The notes under the pieces are model-generated. The model was not told the origin of the DNA, ran no database searches, and was given only the letters and a program-made list of their open reading frames with translations. Position numbers and translations under genes: made by a program. Shown here one piece after another: positions 38,401-48,082 of a stretch of DNA of 64,000 nucleotides. Numbering within the stretch: position 1 is the first letter of the stretch; each line of letters begins with the position of its first letter. The DNA comes from an uncultured bacterium. GTDB taxonomy: Bacteria; Fidelibacterota; Marinisomatia; Marinisomatales; TCS55. The stretch spans positions 9,693 to 73,692 of the forward strand of contig CAZORD010000001.1 of NCBI GenBank assembly GCA_964582455.1, written 5' to 3'.

Positions 38401-38705
38401 TCCAGGGAAAAGTTTACCGTGGTCGTACGATCAGCATTCATGCGTACATCGGTAACAGATGTTGTCTTATAACCTATATATGAAGCAGATGCTGTGTATG
38501 AGCCTGCAGATATATTCAGGATGAAATAATCGCCATTTTCATCACTGGCGGCACCCAGCGCTGTTCCTTTTAAAATAACATTTACACCAATGAGGGGATC
38601 ACCTGTTGTAATATCGGTGACTGTCCCTACCAGTTTACCTGTTACTCCTGCAAAAACCGTATTACAGGAAATGAAAATGAAGAGAAGAATATTTTTCTTG
38701 CTCAT
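35406..38705 (-). CDS. TonB-dependent receptor with carboxypeptidase-like N-domain
   Basis: GKLVGTVTD, HVRGGRSGE, GSFDAEYG, WSPRIG, ITNLFD, PRHIELG; start at ATG 38705 behind AAGGAG. Confidence 0.9.
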   Translation of the reverse strand: MSKKNILLFIFISCNTVFAGVTGKLVGTVTDITTGDPLIGVNVILKGTALGAASDENGDYFILNISAGSYTASASYIGYKTTSVTDVRMNADRTTTVNFSLEISAVEGEEVIVEAERPVIVRDQTATTVTIEEEDFKNMPINSYADIIDNVAGVIENDNGGGDDGIHVRGGRSGETAYLVDGFYVKDIINGGMATDVARGGISELSIITGSFDAEYGQAMSGIINIITREGGADYDLSFRTSTDQFGEKNNWNTGRIEGTASGPIIPTMPNLATFFISADRKRTDGRLKNNILPWAILKVDEDGDGVYDAGESWTDAANGVYDVGEGFNDANNNGYWDHAVYDTSGNLVSAAESWTDAANSVYDVGEDFTDDNGDGIRNGDVYALADIDGDGIAEPLKKGAKEITGTYNWTDRLMGKLVLRPINNLKITLGTNIHNYEGRGFSMSYRQLPERGAVSWQESKLIYGRLNYTFSENMFVTLSYSKNRLDNWTGPKVPGEKFLKDNHELYSDIYIIPDDWDKSILDPGSEFTWLSYYAEPYNDNDEDGAFTEGDDYADLNNDGKYSWGVFLPLREGDAYDNTSNYEFYGSYPIVNNSGDTIRMGYSTYPSYYNDYSETKQLEGALTWQVNKIHQVKTGYSQKTHKLFNFSASWIGGGYYGNSSDASFILWEKEPVESSFYIRDKMEFSDLVINIGLRYDILDPKSEYADPTKNIGYRYDGQVLETSDLNSIDFDAFAAGAVEWGYIEEDGSFSQPDKATVKAQWSPRIGMGYPVTENTAFHFSYGHFFKYPDYDNMYDYTNSGGIGGEGVPSGLTGLNSTSNPNNIFNLTGNSMYPFPFNLGDWYIPPVGSPNIKPERAIQYEFGLRTMLTPEYLMTLTLFYNDRHDYISANIYDADPTEYAIYENMDYANSKGFELGLRKLFSQNFSWEVFYSYSRAEGNTNNETSNWYAAYLSSVYGTHPVHRTVTMAWDQPHTLNVRFDYQHPKGFGLNVLGNMGSGLPYTPTDARGRYIDDENSGRMPYTAIFDAKAYYDLKIQNMAQVRFYLDITNLFDKNNIANVFNNTGQPDESLNPNNSPMYIFRPYYYGAPRHIELGISVGLR
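37604..37772. repeat. Intragenic 46-bp direct repeat, 2 copies, 123-nt period
   Basis: 37604-37649 and 37727-37772 differ at 2 of 46 positions; encode ESWTDAAN(S/G)VYDVGE. Confidence 0.9.
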
Positions 38706-38831
38706 GATATTACTCCTTGTAGGGCCTAAAAATAGTTTGATTATATAGACCATGCAAGTATAAGGTTACTATTGAGCATCAATCTGCATTGGCGTAAGTT
38801 CATAAAATTTTATGCATAGGGAGTATTTATA

Positions 38832-40535
38832 ATGAGTTCAAAAAATGGAAAACCAAATGGTCAAGGTGCGGATCTCTCGCAGTCTGAATTAAAGCAACTG
38901 CTCAAAGATGTACCCAGTGGTATTCAATCATATATTGACCATCTGGAAAAACAAGTTAAGAATCTTGCAGATATTGGCCTGTCCCTTTCCAAGGAAAAGG
39001 ATATGAATGTTCTGCTGGAGAATATCCTGATGGAAGCCAAGCGTATTGCCAATGCTGATGGCGGTACGCTGTACATGAAAACAGATGACGATCGATTACG
39101 TTTTGAAATCATGATGACTGATTCATTGAATTTTCATATGGGCGGCACATCCGGGCAGGATATACCATTTTATCCTGTTAAACTATATGAGGATGACGGA
39201 AAGAAAAATACCCATATGATATCTGCGTACGTAGGCTTAACCGGTGAAACTGTCAATATTCCTGATGCCTATAAAGCGGATGGATTCGATTTTTCAGGAA
39301 CCAAGGCATTCGATGAAAAAACAGGTTACCGCTCAAAATCATTCCTGACAGTTCCATTAAAAAACCATGAAGATGAAATAATTGGTGTTCTGCAATTATT
39401 AAACGCGTTAGATACGAAAACAAACGAGTCAATTCCGTTTTCTTCAAAAATACAAGATATTGTTGAAGCACTATCCAGCCAGGCCGCAGTGGCGATTACA
39501 AATAAAAATTTGATCCGTGACCTGGAAGTCCTTTTTGAGTCTTTCATCAAATTGATTGCTACGGCAATTGATGCTAAATCACCTTATACGGGAGGGCACT
39601 GTGCCCGTGTTCCTGAAATTACAATGATGCTGGCTGAAGCAGTTCATAATAGCAAGGATGGGCCCTTCAAAGATGTACTTTTTTCGGATAAGGAAATGTA
39701 TGAATTGAAGATCGCTGCCTGGCTCCATGACTGCGGGAAAGTTACCACACCGGAATACGTGGTTGATAAAGCTACAAAACTAGAAACTATTTACGATCGT
39801 ATCCATACGCTGGATACTCGGTTTGAAGTATTAAAGCGCGATGAAGATATCAAAGTCTTGAAAAAACGATTGAAAATTGAAACGGATGCTTCTACTTCAG
39901 AAACAGATAAAAATGATGCTCTAAAATCTTTGCGCAAAAAGCATAAAGCCAAATTGGCACAAATGGAAGATGATATGGAATTTATTAGAGGAACAAATAT
40001 TGGTGGTGAATTCATGTCCGGGGACAAAAAAGACCGTGTCAAAACGATCGCCAAATACCGTTGGAAGGACAATGGAACAGTTAAGGATTTTCTTTCAGAA
40101 AATGAAGTATATAATCTTTGTATTGCTAAAGGAACATTAACAGCTGAGGAAAGGCAAATTATCAATGACCACATTGTCCAAACGATCGATATGCTGCAGC
40201 AGCTGCCCTATCCTAAACATCTGAAAAATGTCCCTGAATTCGCTGGTGGTCACCATGAAAAATTGGATGGCACTGGTTATCCAATGGGCTTGACAAAAGA
40301 TGAAATGTCTGTGCAGGCGAAAGCGATGGCTATTGCTGATATATTTGAAGCTTTGACTGCAAGAGACAGGCCCTATAAAGAAGGTAAAGCTCTATCCATG
40401 GCTATGCGTATCATGGGCTTTATGAAAAATGATGCCCATGTAGATCCATACTTATTTGAATTATTTGTCAAAGAGAAGATCTACTTAAAATACGCGGAAA
40501 AATATCTAGCAAAAGAACAGCTGGATATGGATTAA
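38832..40535 (+). CDS. GAF + HD-GYP cyclic-dinucleotide phosphodiesterase
   Basis: GAF (SFLTVPL...IIGVLQL), WLHDCGK, HHEKLDGTGYP, ADIFEALTARDRPYK. Confidence 0.9.
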   Translation: MSSKNGKPNGQGADLSQSELKQLLKDVPSGIQSYIDHLEKQVKNLADIGLSLSKEKDMNVLLENILMEAKRIANADGGTLYMKTDDDRLRFEIMMTDSLNFHMGGTSGQDIPFYPVKLYEDDGKKNTHMISAYVGLTGETVNIPDAYKADGFDFSGTKAFDEKTGYRSKSFLTVPLKNHEDEIIGVLQLLNALDTKTNESIPFSSKIQDIVEALSSQAAVAITNKNLIRDLEVLFESFIKLIATAIDAKSPYTGGHCARVPEITMMLAEAVHNSKDGPFKDVLFSDKEMYELKIAAWLHDCGKVTTPEYVVDKATKLETIYDRIHTLDTRFEVLKRDEDIKVLKKRLKIETDASTSETDKNDALKSLRKKHKAKLAQMEDDMEFIRGTNIGGEFMSGDKKDRVKTIAKYRWKDNGTVKDFLSENEVYNLCIAKGTLTAEERQIINDHIVQTIDMLQQLPYPKHLKNVPEFAGGHHEKLDGTGYPMGLTKDEMSVQAKAMAIADIFEALTARDRPYKEGKALSMAMRIMGFMKNDAHVDPYLFELFVKEKIYLKYAEKYLAKEQLDMD

Positions 40536-40563
40536 CCAATACCCTTTAATTTCATAAGCTAAT

Positions 40564-42369
40564 ATGACACCTGATATTGCCATAGTCCTGGGAATCATTT
40601 CACTGATGTTTGTGCTCTTTGTGAAAGAGTTCTTTCCCCTAGACGTTACTGCGCTCCTAGTGCTGGTCATTTTCCTCGTTATGGGAAATTTAACACTGGA
40701 GGAAGCCATTAGTGGTTTTTCAAACAAAGCAGTGATCACTATAGCTGTTTTGTTTATTTTGAGCCATGCGTTGCAAAAATCTGGAATATTGGAATATGGA
40801 GTTGTACGTTTGAATAAATTAACCGAACGCTCCAAACTCTTGGGGTTATCTGTTTTTCTAATTACGGTTGCGCTTGCCTCCGCTTTTGTAAATAATACTG
40901 CCATAGTTGCTGTATTTATTCCCTTAACTATTCGGTTAGCGCAAAAATATAATTTGAGCCCTTCTAAACTGTTGATTCCCTTGAGCTATATTGCCATTAT
41001 TGGCGGAACCTTGACACTGGTCGGTACATCAACAAACCTGTTGGTGAATTCCATTTATGTTAACACAACCATGGCTGAACCATTGGGCATGTTTGAATTT
41101 TCCCGCTATGGGATATTCATTTTATTGATTGGCCTTTTTTATATCATTTTTGCAGTTCCGTTGATTTTACCATCACGAACAGTCACATCCAGTTTGACCC
41201 AGAGTTATCATATGGGTGGTTATTTAACTGAATTGAAAGTGACTGAAGATTCGCCATTGGTAGGACGCACATTCATGGAACGGGCTATAAATAAGAATTA
41301 TGATATTACTGTATTGGACATCATTCGAGAGGGCAAGGTGATCAGCAGAAATATCCGCAATACAATTATACATCCGGCGGACGTTTTATTTGTGCGTGGT
41401 TCGCTGGAAAATTTCCTGCGTATGAAAGAAGTGGAAAAGGTTACCATGCTGACCGATGAAAAATTAACCCAGGCTGAACTGATCCATGATGATAATACAT
41501 TAGTGGAATGCTTATTAACCCAACGGTCAGATTTGGTAGGGAAGAGCCTGATGGAAATAAACTTTCGGCGACGGTTTGGAAGTTTTATCCTGGCAGTCCG
41601 TCGAGAAGGTGCTATCCTGCGCAGAAAAATTGCCCATGTAATACTGCGAGCTTTTGATACGTTACTGGTGTACGGCCCCAGGGATAAAATAAAAGAATTA
41701 TCAGATTCAGGAAATTTTATTGTTCTGGGTGAACTTGAAGCAACTTTACAGAAACACCGTTTTTGGTGGGTGAGTTTGGTTGTAATTATTGGCGCAGTTA
41801 TTTTGGCAGCACTGGGTATTCTTCCGATACTGACAGGCGCATTGGTGGGGTTGATGTTACTTTTGATCCTGCGCATTATTTCTACGAATGAAGCCTATCA
41901 ATCAATTAGTTGGCAGGTAATTGTTTTAATCGCTGCATTGATTCCCATTGGCATTGTAATACAAAAGAGCGGAACAGCGGACTTGCTTGCAACCTTAATG
42001 AAGAATATCGTCGATCAATTTGACCCGGCTTCCCGCCCTGTTGTGATGGTATCTTTGATATACCTGGTTACAATGATTATGACTGAAATGGCATCCAATG
42101 CAGCCACAGCTATCATTATGACACCCATTGCAATTTCTGCTGCGATACAGTTAGGCCTGGACCCAAGGCCGTTCATCTTTTCAGTATGTTTTGCAGCCTC
42201 GGCATCATTCATTACACCCATCGGTTATCAGACCAATCTCATGGTCTATGGTCCAGGTGGATATAAATTTTCTGATTATGTAAAAGTAGGTCTTCCCTTG
42301 GCAATCTCTTTTTGGGTAATAGCTACATTTTTAATTCCCATCATGTGGCCATTTTCAGCAGCTAATTAG
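40564..42369 (+). CDS. SLC13/DASS permease with two TrkA-C domains
   Basis: SAFVNNT, GGTLTLVGTSTNL, SPLVG repeats, TPIGYQTN. Confidence 0.9.
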   Translation: MTPDIAIVLGIISLMFVLFVKEFFPLDVTALLVLVIFLVMGNLTLEEAISGFSNKAVITIAVLFILSHALQKSGILEYGVVRLNKLTERSKLLGLSVFLITVALASAFVNNTAIVAVFIPLTIRLAQKYNLSPSKLLIPLSYIAIIGGTLTLVGTSTNLLVNSIYVNTTMAEPLGMFEFSRYGIFILLIGLFYIIFAVPLILPSRTVTSSLTQSYHMGGYLTELKVTEDSPLVGRTFMERAINKNYDITVLDIIREGKVISRNIRNTIIHPADVLFVRGSLENFLRMKEVEKVTMLTDEKLTQAELIHDDNTLVECLLTQRSDLVGKSLMEINFRRRFGSFILAVRREGAILRRKIAHVILRAFDTLLVYGPRDKIKELSDSGNFIVLGELEATLQKHRFWWVSLVVIIGAVILAALGILPILTGALVGLMLLLILRIISTNEAYQSISWQVIVLIAALIPIGIVIQKSGTADLLATLMKNIVDQFDPASRPVVMVSLIYLVTMIMTEMASNAATAIIMTPIAISAAIQLGLDPRPFIFSVCFAASASFITPIGYQTNLMVYGPGGYKFSDYVKVGLPLAISFWVIATFLIPIMWPFSAAN

Positions 42370-42379
42370 TGCTTGTAAA

Positions 42380-43783
42380 TTGGCAGCTATCGAACAAAAA
42401 TCTTCCCGTCTGAATGAATTTATAGAAAATCCTGAAAAGGGGCTTTGGAGACTGGCCATACCAGTCTTGGCTGGGATGGGTATCCAGACTCTGTACACGA
42501 TTGTTGATATGATCTTTATCGGCCGGCTGGGAGGTGAGGCCATTGCTGCTGTGGCTTTCAATATGCCGTTGTTCTTTTTTGTATTGGGCTTAACTATGGG
42601 TCTCGGTGCTGGTGTAACCGCATCCATCGCTCGATTTATCGGTGCTAAAGATAAGGTTAATGCAGATAATAGCGCTGAACATGCAGTTGTAATGGGTGTT
42701 GGGATCAGTGTTGTATTAACCACCTTGGGTTTCATTTATGGACGGGATATGCTCATAGGAATCGGCGCAACGGAATCGATTATTGAATTGAGTTGGTCCT
42801 ATTTGCGTATCATTTGTATTGGTTTACCCTTTATGGTTTTATCTGCTTTTTTTCGTTCAATACTTGTAGGTGAGGGAGATACTAAATTCCCCATGACTGT
42901 AGCAGCACTGGGAACGGTACTAAATATTATATTGGATCCCATTTTCATTTTTTCCCTGGGTCTTGGAGTTGCGGGAGCTGCCTGGGCGACAGCCATCAGC
43001 CAGATAATAGTGTTTATTGTTTTTATTTATATGCTGTTCATAAAAGAACATTCTTATATCACCTTTCGCCTCAACGATTTTTCACCGTCTTCATTTATTA
43101 TGAAAGATATCATTCAGGTGGGATTGCCTGCTTCCATGTCCATGATCATCATGTCCTTTGGGCAGCTTGTTTTCAACCGCATCCTTATTCATTTTTCTAC
43201 AGATGCAGTTGCTGCATACCAAATCGGCGGCCGTATTGATATGGTTATTTTTCTCCCTATCCTGTCTATCTCTTATGCATTAACAACCATAGTAGGCATG
43301 TTTTTTGGCGCTAAAAGAATGAGCAAGGTAAAGCACATTATATTCTATGGGTTGAGCCGTTCATTTATGATTGCAGTAGTTACATCTGCAATTGTATATC
43401 TAGCAGCACCAAAACTGGTCATGATTTTCACAGATATACAATACATACAAGATACAGCTGTTACCTATTTAAGGCTCATGGCTATAGTATATCCCCTTGT
43501 AGCCATTGCGCTGCCCTGTGGCCGTATCCTGCAGGGATTTGGTTTAGGGATGCCCTTACTAGTAATTACATTGATCCGTGTTTTGCTGGTATCATCGCCC
43601 CTGGCAGTTTATTTTATTTTTGTCCAGGGACGCCCTTTGGAATGGATTTGGTATTCAATGATGATTTCAACAGCTGTCGCTTTCATGGTTGCTGTTGGAT
43701 GGTTAGTAAGGGCTATAAATAAACATTCTATTCAAAGCACAGGAGTTCAACATGAAAAAACTAGACTTGAACCAAATCAATGA
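42380..43783 (+). CDS. MATE family efflux transporter
   Basis: LYTIVDMIFIG, NIILDPIFI, GVAGAAWAT; TTG start. Confidence 0.9.
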   Translation: MAAIEQKSSRLNEFIENPEKGLWRLAIPVLAGMGIQTLYTIVDMIFIGRLGGEAIAAVAFNMPLFFFVLGLTMGLGAGVTASIARFIGAKDKVNADNSAEHAVVMGVGISVVLTTLGFIYGRDMLIGIGATESIIELSWSYLRIICIGLPFMVLSAFFRSILVGEGDTKFPMTVAALGTVLNIILDPIFIFSLGLGVAGAAWATAISQIIVFIVFIYMLFIKEHSYITFRLNDFSPSSFIMKDIIQVGLPASMSMIIMSFGQLVFNRILIHFSTDAVAAYQIGGRIDMVIFLPILSISYALTTIVGMFFGAKRMSKVKHIIFYGLSRSFMIAVVTSAIVYLAAPKLVMIFTDIQYIQDTAVTYLRLMAIVYPLVAIALPCGRILQGFGLGMPLLVITLIRVLLVSSPLAVYFIFVQGRPLEWIWYSMMISTAVAFMVAVGWLVRAINKHSIQSTGVQHEKTRLEPNQ

Positions 43784-44033
43784 AGAACTAATTGATCTTC
43801 CGGACTGGGTATTTACAAATAATGCTCTGCATAAGGATCTGACATTTGATTCATATTTAGATGGAATCAACTTTGTAAAACAATTAGCTGATAAAGCTGA
43901 AGGTCATAATCATCATCCTGATCTGACTGTTGGCTGGTGCAAGGTTGGTGTAACTTTTACAACGCATGATTCAGGAGGCGTTACTGCAAATGATTTTACT
44001 ATGGCTAAAGAAGTTGAGCGATTATTAGGTTAA
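43752..44033 (+). CDS. phhB: Pterin-4-alpha-carbinolamine dehydratase
   Basis: NHHPDL, TTHDSGGVT. Confidence 0.92.
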   Translation: MKKLDLNQINEELIDLPDWVFTNNALHKDLTFDSYLDGINFVKQLADKAEGHNHHPDLTVGWCKVGVTFTTHDSGGVTANDFTMAKEVERLLG

Positions 44034-44104
44034 AATCCAAAACCAGCATCAGTTTGTGTTTCAATACATGATCAAGTAAATTGTAGCACATTTTTAAAAT
44101 AATC

Positions 44105-46273
44105 ATGAAAAGACTGATCATATTAACGATATTATCATCTATAATATTCGGTAATCAACCGGATTTCAAGTTTTCCAAATTATCGTTAAAACATGGACCG
44201 ACCGGCCGGCATTTGCCAACCAAAGAACAGATGCAATCGGTCAAAAAAGTTGGAGTATTAAGAAACAAAATAATCGATAAAATTGATATTTATCCGCAAC
44301 CGCTACAACACAATATAAATAATGGCGTTATTGTCGGCCGGGTGTATGACCAGACAGATGGCAGCGTTTCAGCCCAGGTCGTCGCTGTTGATACAATTAA
44401 TGAATACCAATTTTCAACAGTTACAAATGATAGCGGATATTACAGTTTATACGTTTTAAACAGTTCATATATTATGGTGGCTCTACCGTTTGATGATTTT
44501 CATATACCCGGTTTTGTATTTGATGTTGAAATTGATGACGATACTGTGGAAGTGGATATTTTCGCACCGGCGCTTATGTATGATGCGGATATCTATGGTA
44601 CTGTTACTGATTCCAATGGGACACCATTACATGAAGCCTGGGTGGCGGCCGTTGCCCTTGGTTTTGATGAAGAGTTGATTTTTGACAGCTGGACAGATGT
44701 CAATGGTCATTATGGATTGGGTGTGATCGGCTTGGGTGAACAGCGGCCTTATTGGGTCTTGGGTGTATATGAATCTGATGATTTAGATGAAGAAATAATT
44801 GGTATAGTGGATAGTGTAATCGTTAATTCTGGTGATTCCCTGGAAATTAATCTCGTACTTCAGGCCGTTACATATGATGGTTTAATATATGGTGAAGTTA
44901 CCTACGAAGGTGAACCGCTGAATGGAATCACGGTTTGGTCGGAAAATGTCTGGACAGATGACTATTTTGAGACTTATACCAATGCAGACGGCATTTATGA
45001 AATGGGTGTAACCAACGGTGAATACGAAGTCTGTGCTTTTTATTGGGCAGTGGAAGAAGAATTATGTGAGGATATTTATATAGACAGCAACGCAGTGGAG
45101 GTTAATTTTAATTTTGAAGAGCAGTCGATAGATGGTTTGGTCAATAATTATGGAAATTTCCGTTTTTTCTGGACAAATAATGGCGCTCACTTTGGCGGTC
45201 AATGGCCTGTAGCCAGTGATGCAGTCAGGAGCTACTTATCATTTGGCGGAATGGTCACATTGGCCTATGAAGATAGTGATATTTTGCTGGGCGGCATTAT
45301 AGGTGATGCCTGGGTTCCGGAGGACGAAAGTATTTATACTTATATTGAAAATGAGCTGGAATTCATCAACAGATCCATGACGGATGACTCCACCGGTTTA
45401 TTTACTGAACAATTAATTGTTTCCCATGGATATGAAAATTTTTCTGTTGTTTTATCAAGAATAATCAATACAGGTGATGCAGAATTGGAAGATGCACGGT
45501 TTGGTTACTATATGAATTGGGATGTGGCCTATAGTGAAGGCGGCTATGAAAATTTCGCAGAAGATGACCTGGCCGGGGTCAGGACAATTGAAGTATCTCA
45601 TCCAATTTTAACTGTGATGATTCCGGTGAAAATAAGTTATATGTTTGATGATGACGACGATTATGGCCATTCCCCAGGGTATGTAGGTTTTGCTATAGTT
45701 CCACAGTGGTTGGCTGAACCAGTACATATTTCAATCGATATGGATGAAGATCTTGGTGATTTGTTGTCCCTTTTGGAACAGGAAGACGATGATGATAACG
45801 AAACAGATCCGGCTAATTATGCCACAATGCAAATGCTGGATTTATATGATATGTTTCCAGGCGATAGTGCCCGTTTTGCCACCTTGTTACTGGCTGCTGA
45901 AACTCTGGAAGGACTTGATCACCAAGCAGAACTGGCCATGCAGCGGCTGTTTGACATTACCATTCTGGGTATTGATGATAGTAAACAATTGCCGTCGTCC
46001 TTTGCTTTGCACCAGAATTATCCCAATCCCTTTAACCCGGTGACGACTATTCGTTTTGATTTACCTGCAGCAATCCATGTGAAATTAATGGTTTATAATA
46101 TTTTGGGTCAAAAAGTAAAAACGTTATTGAATAAACACATTGTTCCCGGAATCCATGAAGCAAACTGGAATGGATTGAATGATGAAGGGTTACAATTACC
46201 GTCGGGAATGTATTTTTATCAAATTACAGCAGGAGATTTCCAAGCGGTGAAAAAGTTGGTTTTGATGAAGTAA
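44105..46273 (+). CDS. Secreted acidic protein with about 3 carboxypeptidase-regulatory-like repeats and a FlgD/T9SS-like CTD
   Basis: Repeats of G-x-V...T-N/D-x-x-G-x-Y; QNYPNPFNPVTTI...SGMYFY...KKLVLMK. Confidence 0.8.
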   Translation: MKRLIILTILSSIIFGNQPDFKFSKLSLKHGPTGRHLPTKEQMQSVKKVGVLRNKIIDKIDIYPQPLQHNINNGVIVGRVYDQTDGSVSAQVVAVDTINEYQFSTVTNDSGYYSLYVLNSSYIMVALPFDDFHIPGFVFDVEIDDDTVEVDIFAPALMYDADIYGTVTDSNGTPLHEAWVAAVALGFDEELIFDSWTDVNGHYGLGVIGLGEQRPYWVLGVYESDDLDEEIIGIVDSVIVNSGDSLEINLVLQAVTYDGLIYGEVTYEGEPLNGITVWSENVWTDDYFETYTNADGIYEMGVTNGEYEVCAFYWAVEEELCEDIYIDSNAVEVNFNFEEQSIDGLVNNYGNFRFFWTNNGAHFGGQWPVASDAVRSYLSFGGMVTLAYEDSDILLGGIIGDAWVPEDESIYTYIENELEFINRSMTDDSTGLFTEQLIVSHGYENFSVVLSRIINTGDAELEDARFGYYMNWDVAYSEGGYENFAEDDLAGVRTIEVSHPILTVMIPVKISYMFDDDDDYGHSPGYVGFAIVPQWLAEPVHISIDMDEDLGDLLSLLEQEDDDDNETDPANYATMQMLDLYDMFPGDSARFATLLLAAETLEGLDHQAELAMQRLFDITILGIDDSKQLPSSFALHQNYPNPFNPVTTIRFDLPAAIHVKLMVYNILGQKVKTLLNKHIVPGIHEANWNGLNDEGLQLPSGMYFYQITAGDFQAVKKLVLMK

Positions 46274-46279
46274 AACATG

Positions 46280-46333
46280 TTTTAAAAAGTAAAGCAGGGA
46301 AAGGTAGTCATTGGTTTGCCTTTACTTTTAAAA
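46280..46333 (+). terminator. Possible terminator hairpin
   Basis: aaaagtaaag...ctttactttt inverted repeat downstream of the CTD gene. Confidence 0.45.
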
Positions 46334-46377
46334 AGGGTTGATCTAAAATTTGTACTTATTGAATAGGAGTTATATAA

Positions 46378-46848
46378 TTGAGCCAGGAAGATCACATTAA
46401 ACAATTTTCAGCAAGAATAGGTAAAGAAATTGGCCTTTCAGATTGGATTATAATTACCCAACCCGAAATTGATGATTATGCTAAACTAACTGAGGATAGC
46501 GGGCGTATTCATAATGATTTGGAATGGGCGGTAAAAAATACACCTTTTAGATCTACAATTGTTCAAGGCACATTTCTCATCTCTCAATTTGTACGAACAT
46601 TGAAAAATTGTAATGTGGAAATAGCACTTGAAAATTGGATTTATCGTCTAAATTATGGATTCAATACAATTCGCATGATCAAGCCCATAAAGGAAGGTTT
46701 ACGATTTAGAGGCCGGTTTACGATAAAAGATGTCCAACCTAAAGGTCGGAAAGGAACCGTTACAACATTGGACGCCCAATTAGAAATTGAAGGTCAGGAA
46801 GGACCAGCTGTTATAGCTGAATGGCTTTTTTACGTGAAATATAATTAA
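46378..46848 (+). CDS. MaoC/NodN-like hotdog dehydratase
   Basis: SDWIIITQ, IHND, TPF, NYGFN; TTG start behind AGGAG. Confidence 0.82.
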   Translation: MSQEDHIKQFSARIGKEIGLSDWIIITQPEIDDYAKLTEDSGRIHNDLEWAVKNTPFRSTIVQGTFLISQFVRTLKNCNVEIALENWIYRLNYGFNTIRMIKPIKEGLRFRGRFTIKDVQPKGRKGTVTTLDAQLEIEGQEGPAVIAEWLFYVKYN

Positions 46849-46967
46849 TTAGTTATTAGAACCTGGATCAATTCTATCTATTTTTCGCAATTTAGTAGTC
46901 CATGCCGGTAATCCGCCCAAATTTCCAAGGACGATTTCTAAATTTATAATCTTAACCCTTTTCAATT

Positions 46968-48081
46968 TTATTTGTTTAAAGGAAATACTTCACCTTCAAA
47001 TACGGTTCCCCAGATAGGAATATCTTTCAATTTTTCTAATGGAATCGCATACGGATCTTGCTCAAGGATGGTGAAATCTGCTTTTTTTCCCACTTTGATG
47101 GATCCAATTTGATCTTCCATTCGGATGGCATAAGCAGCTTCGATTGTGACAGCTCGAAGTGCTTCATCCAAAGAAATTTGCAATTCTGGAGATAATTGAT
47201 TCCCGTTCCCGGTAATTCGGTTGGCAGCCACCCAAGCCAATGTCAATGGTTTTACCGGTGCCATGGTAAAATCGGAATGAAGAGAAAGGGGAATATCATT
47301 TTCAATCAGGGATTGGCCGCGAAAGATTTTTGTAGCTCTTTCTGGTCCAAGACCCATTTCTGAATATTTATCACCCAGGACATAAAGATAATACGGGTTA
47401 GCCGAGACCAACATATTCAAGTCAGCTATACGCTTACTCTGGGCTTCTGTGGAATACCCAAGGTGATGCAGTGTTGTTCGATGGTCATCTTTGGGGTTTT
47501 CTTTGATCAAGTTTTCTATAATATCAAGGACCACTTCATGCCCTTTATCTCCATTGGTATGAATGTGGAGTTGATAACCGGTATCCCAATATCCTTTAGC
47601 CTTGCTTGCCAATTCTTCCGGTTCAGTTAGCCATTCACCTTCATGTCCATCACCATTCATCTTTTTTACTATTTTTGACATTATCTGTTAATTTTTTTAA
47701 AAATGCATCTCTGCCGTGGGTATCAGTGACTTGTTGGTTGGGGAGGTCCCATTCAAAGGGTGTAATAAAATCCATGGGGAGTAAAATGGCAGCCAAGGAG
47801 GGATGAATGTGATTTTCAATAAAGCCGGGCATAATCACTTTTTCCGTAAAATGGTTAACAACCTCCGCACCCTTGAATTGCCGTTTTAATAACTTTAAAT
47901 TCCCCACGCCAACTATTTTTGATTCTTTTATGGCAACTGCTTCCACACGGGGATTTCCCTTTTCCATGGTAATAACGGTGGCGCCACTCAAGATTTGGAC
48001 TCCTTCACCAGAATTGGATTGACACGATGATATGAGCGTTATTCCCAGAAGGAATAAAAGAATCTGTTGAAATTGATTTAT
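46968..48081 (-). pseudogene. YtcJ-like amidohydrolase-3, disrupted by internal deletion and frameshift
   Basis: N-part (lipobox ISSC, MPGFIENHIH) stops at 47650; C-part (HTNGD, HSDF, GSIKVGKKADF) is in another frame; the middle appears missing. Confidence 0.75.
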
Positions 48082-48082
48082 T

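Noticed and set aside
40506-42735. Long antisense ORFs (for example 41298-41876, 4488-4958, 2168-2602, 3151-3582)
   Set aside because: They are shadows of well-supported genes on the opposite strand and have no motifs.
46849-46965. 38-codon minus-strand ORF (MKRVKIINLEIVLGNLGGLPAWTT...IDP) faintly like a rhodanese C-terminus
   Set aside because: Similarity rests on a few residues, there is no SD, and it could be chance.
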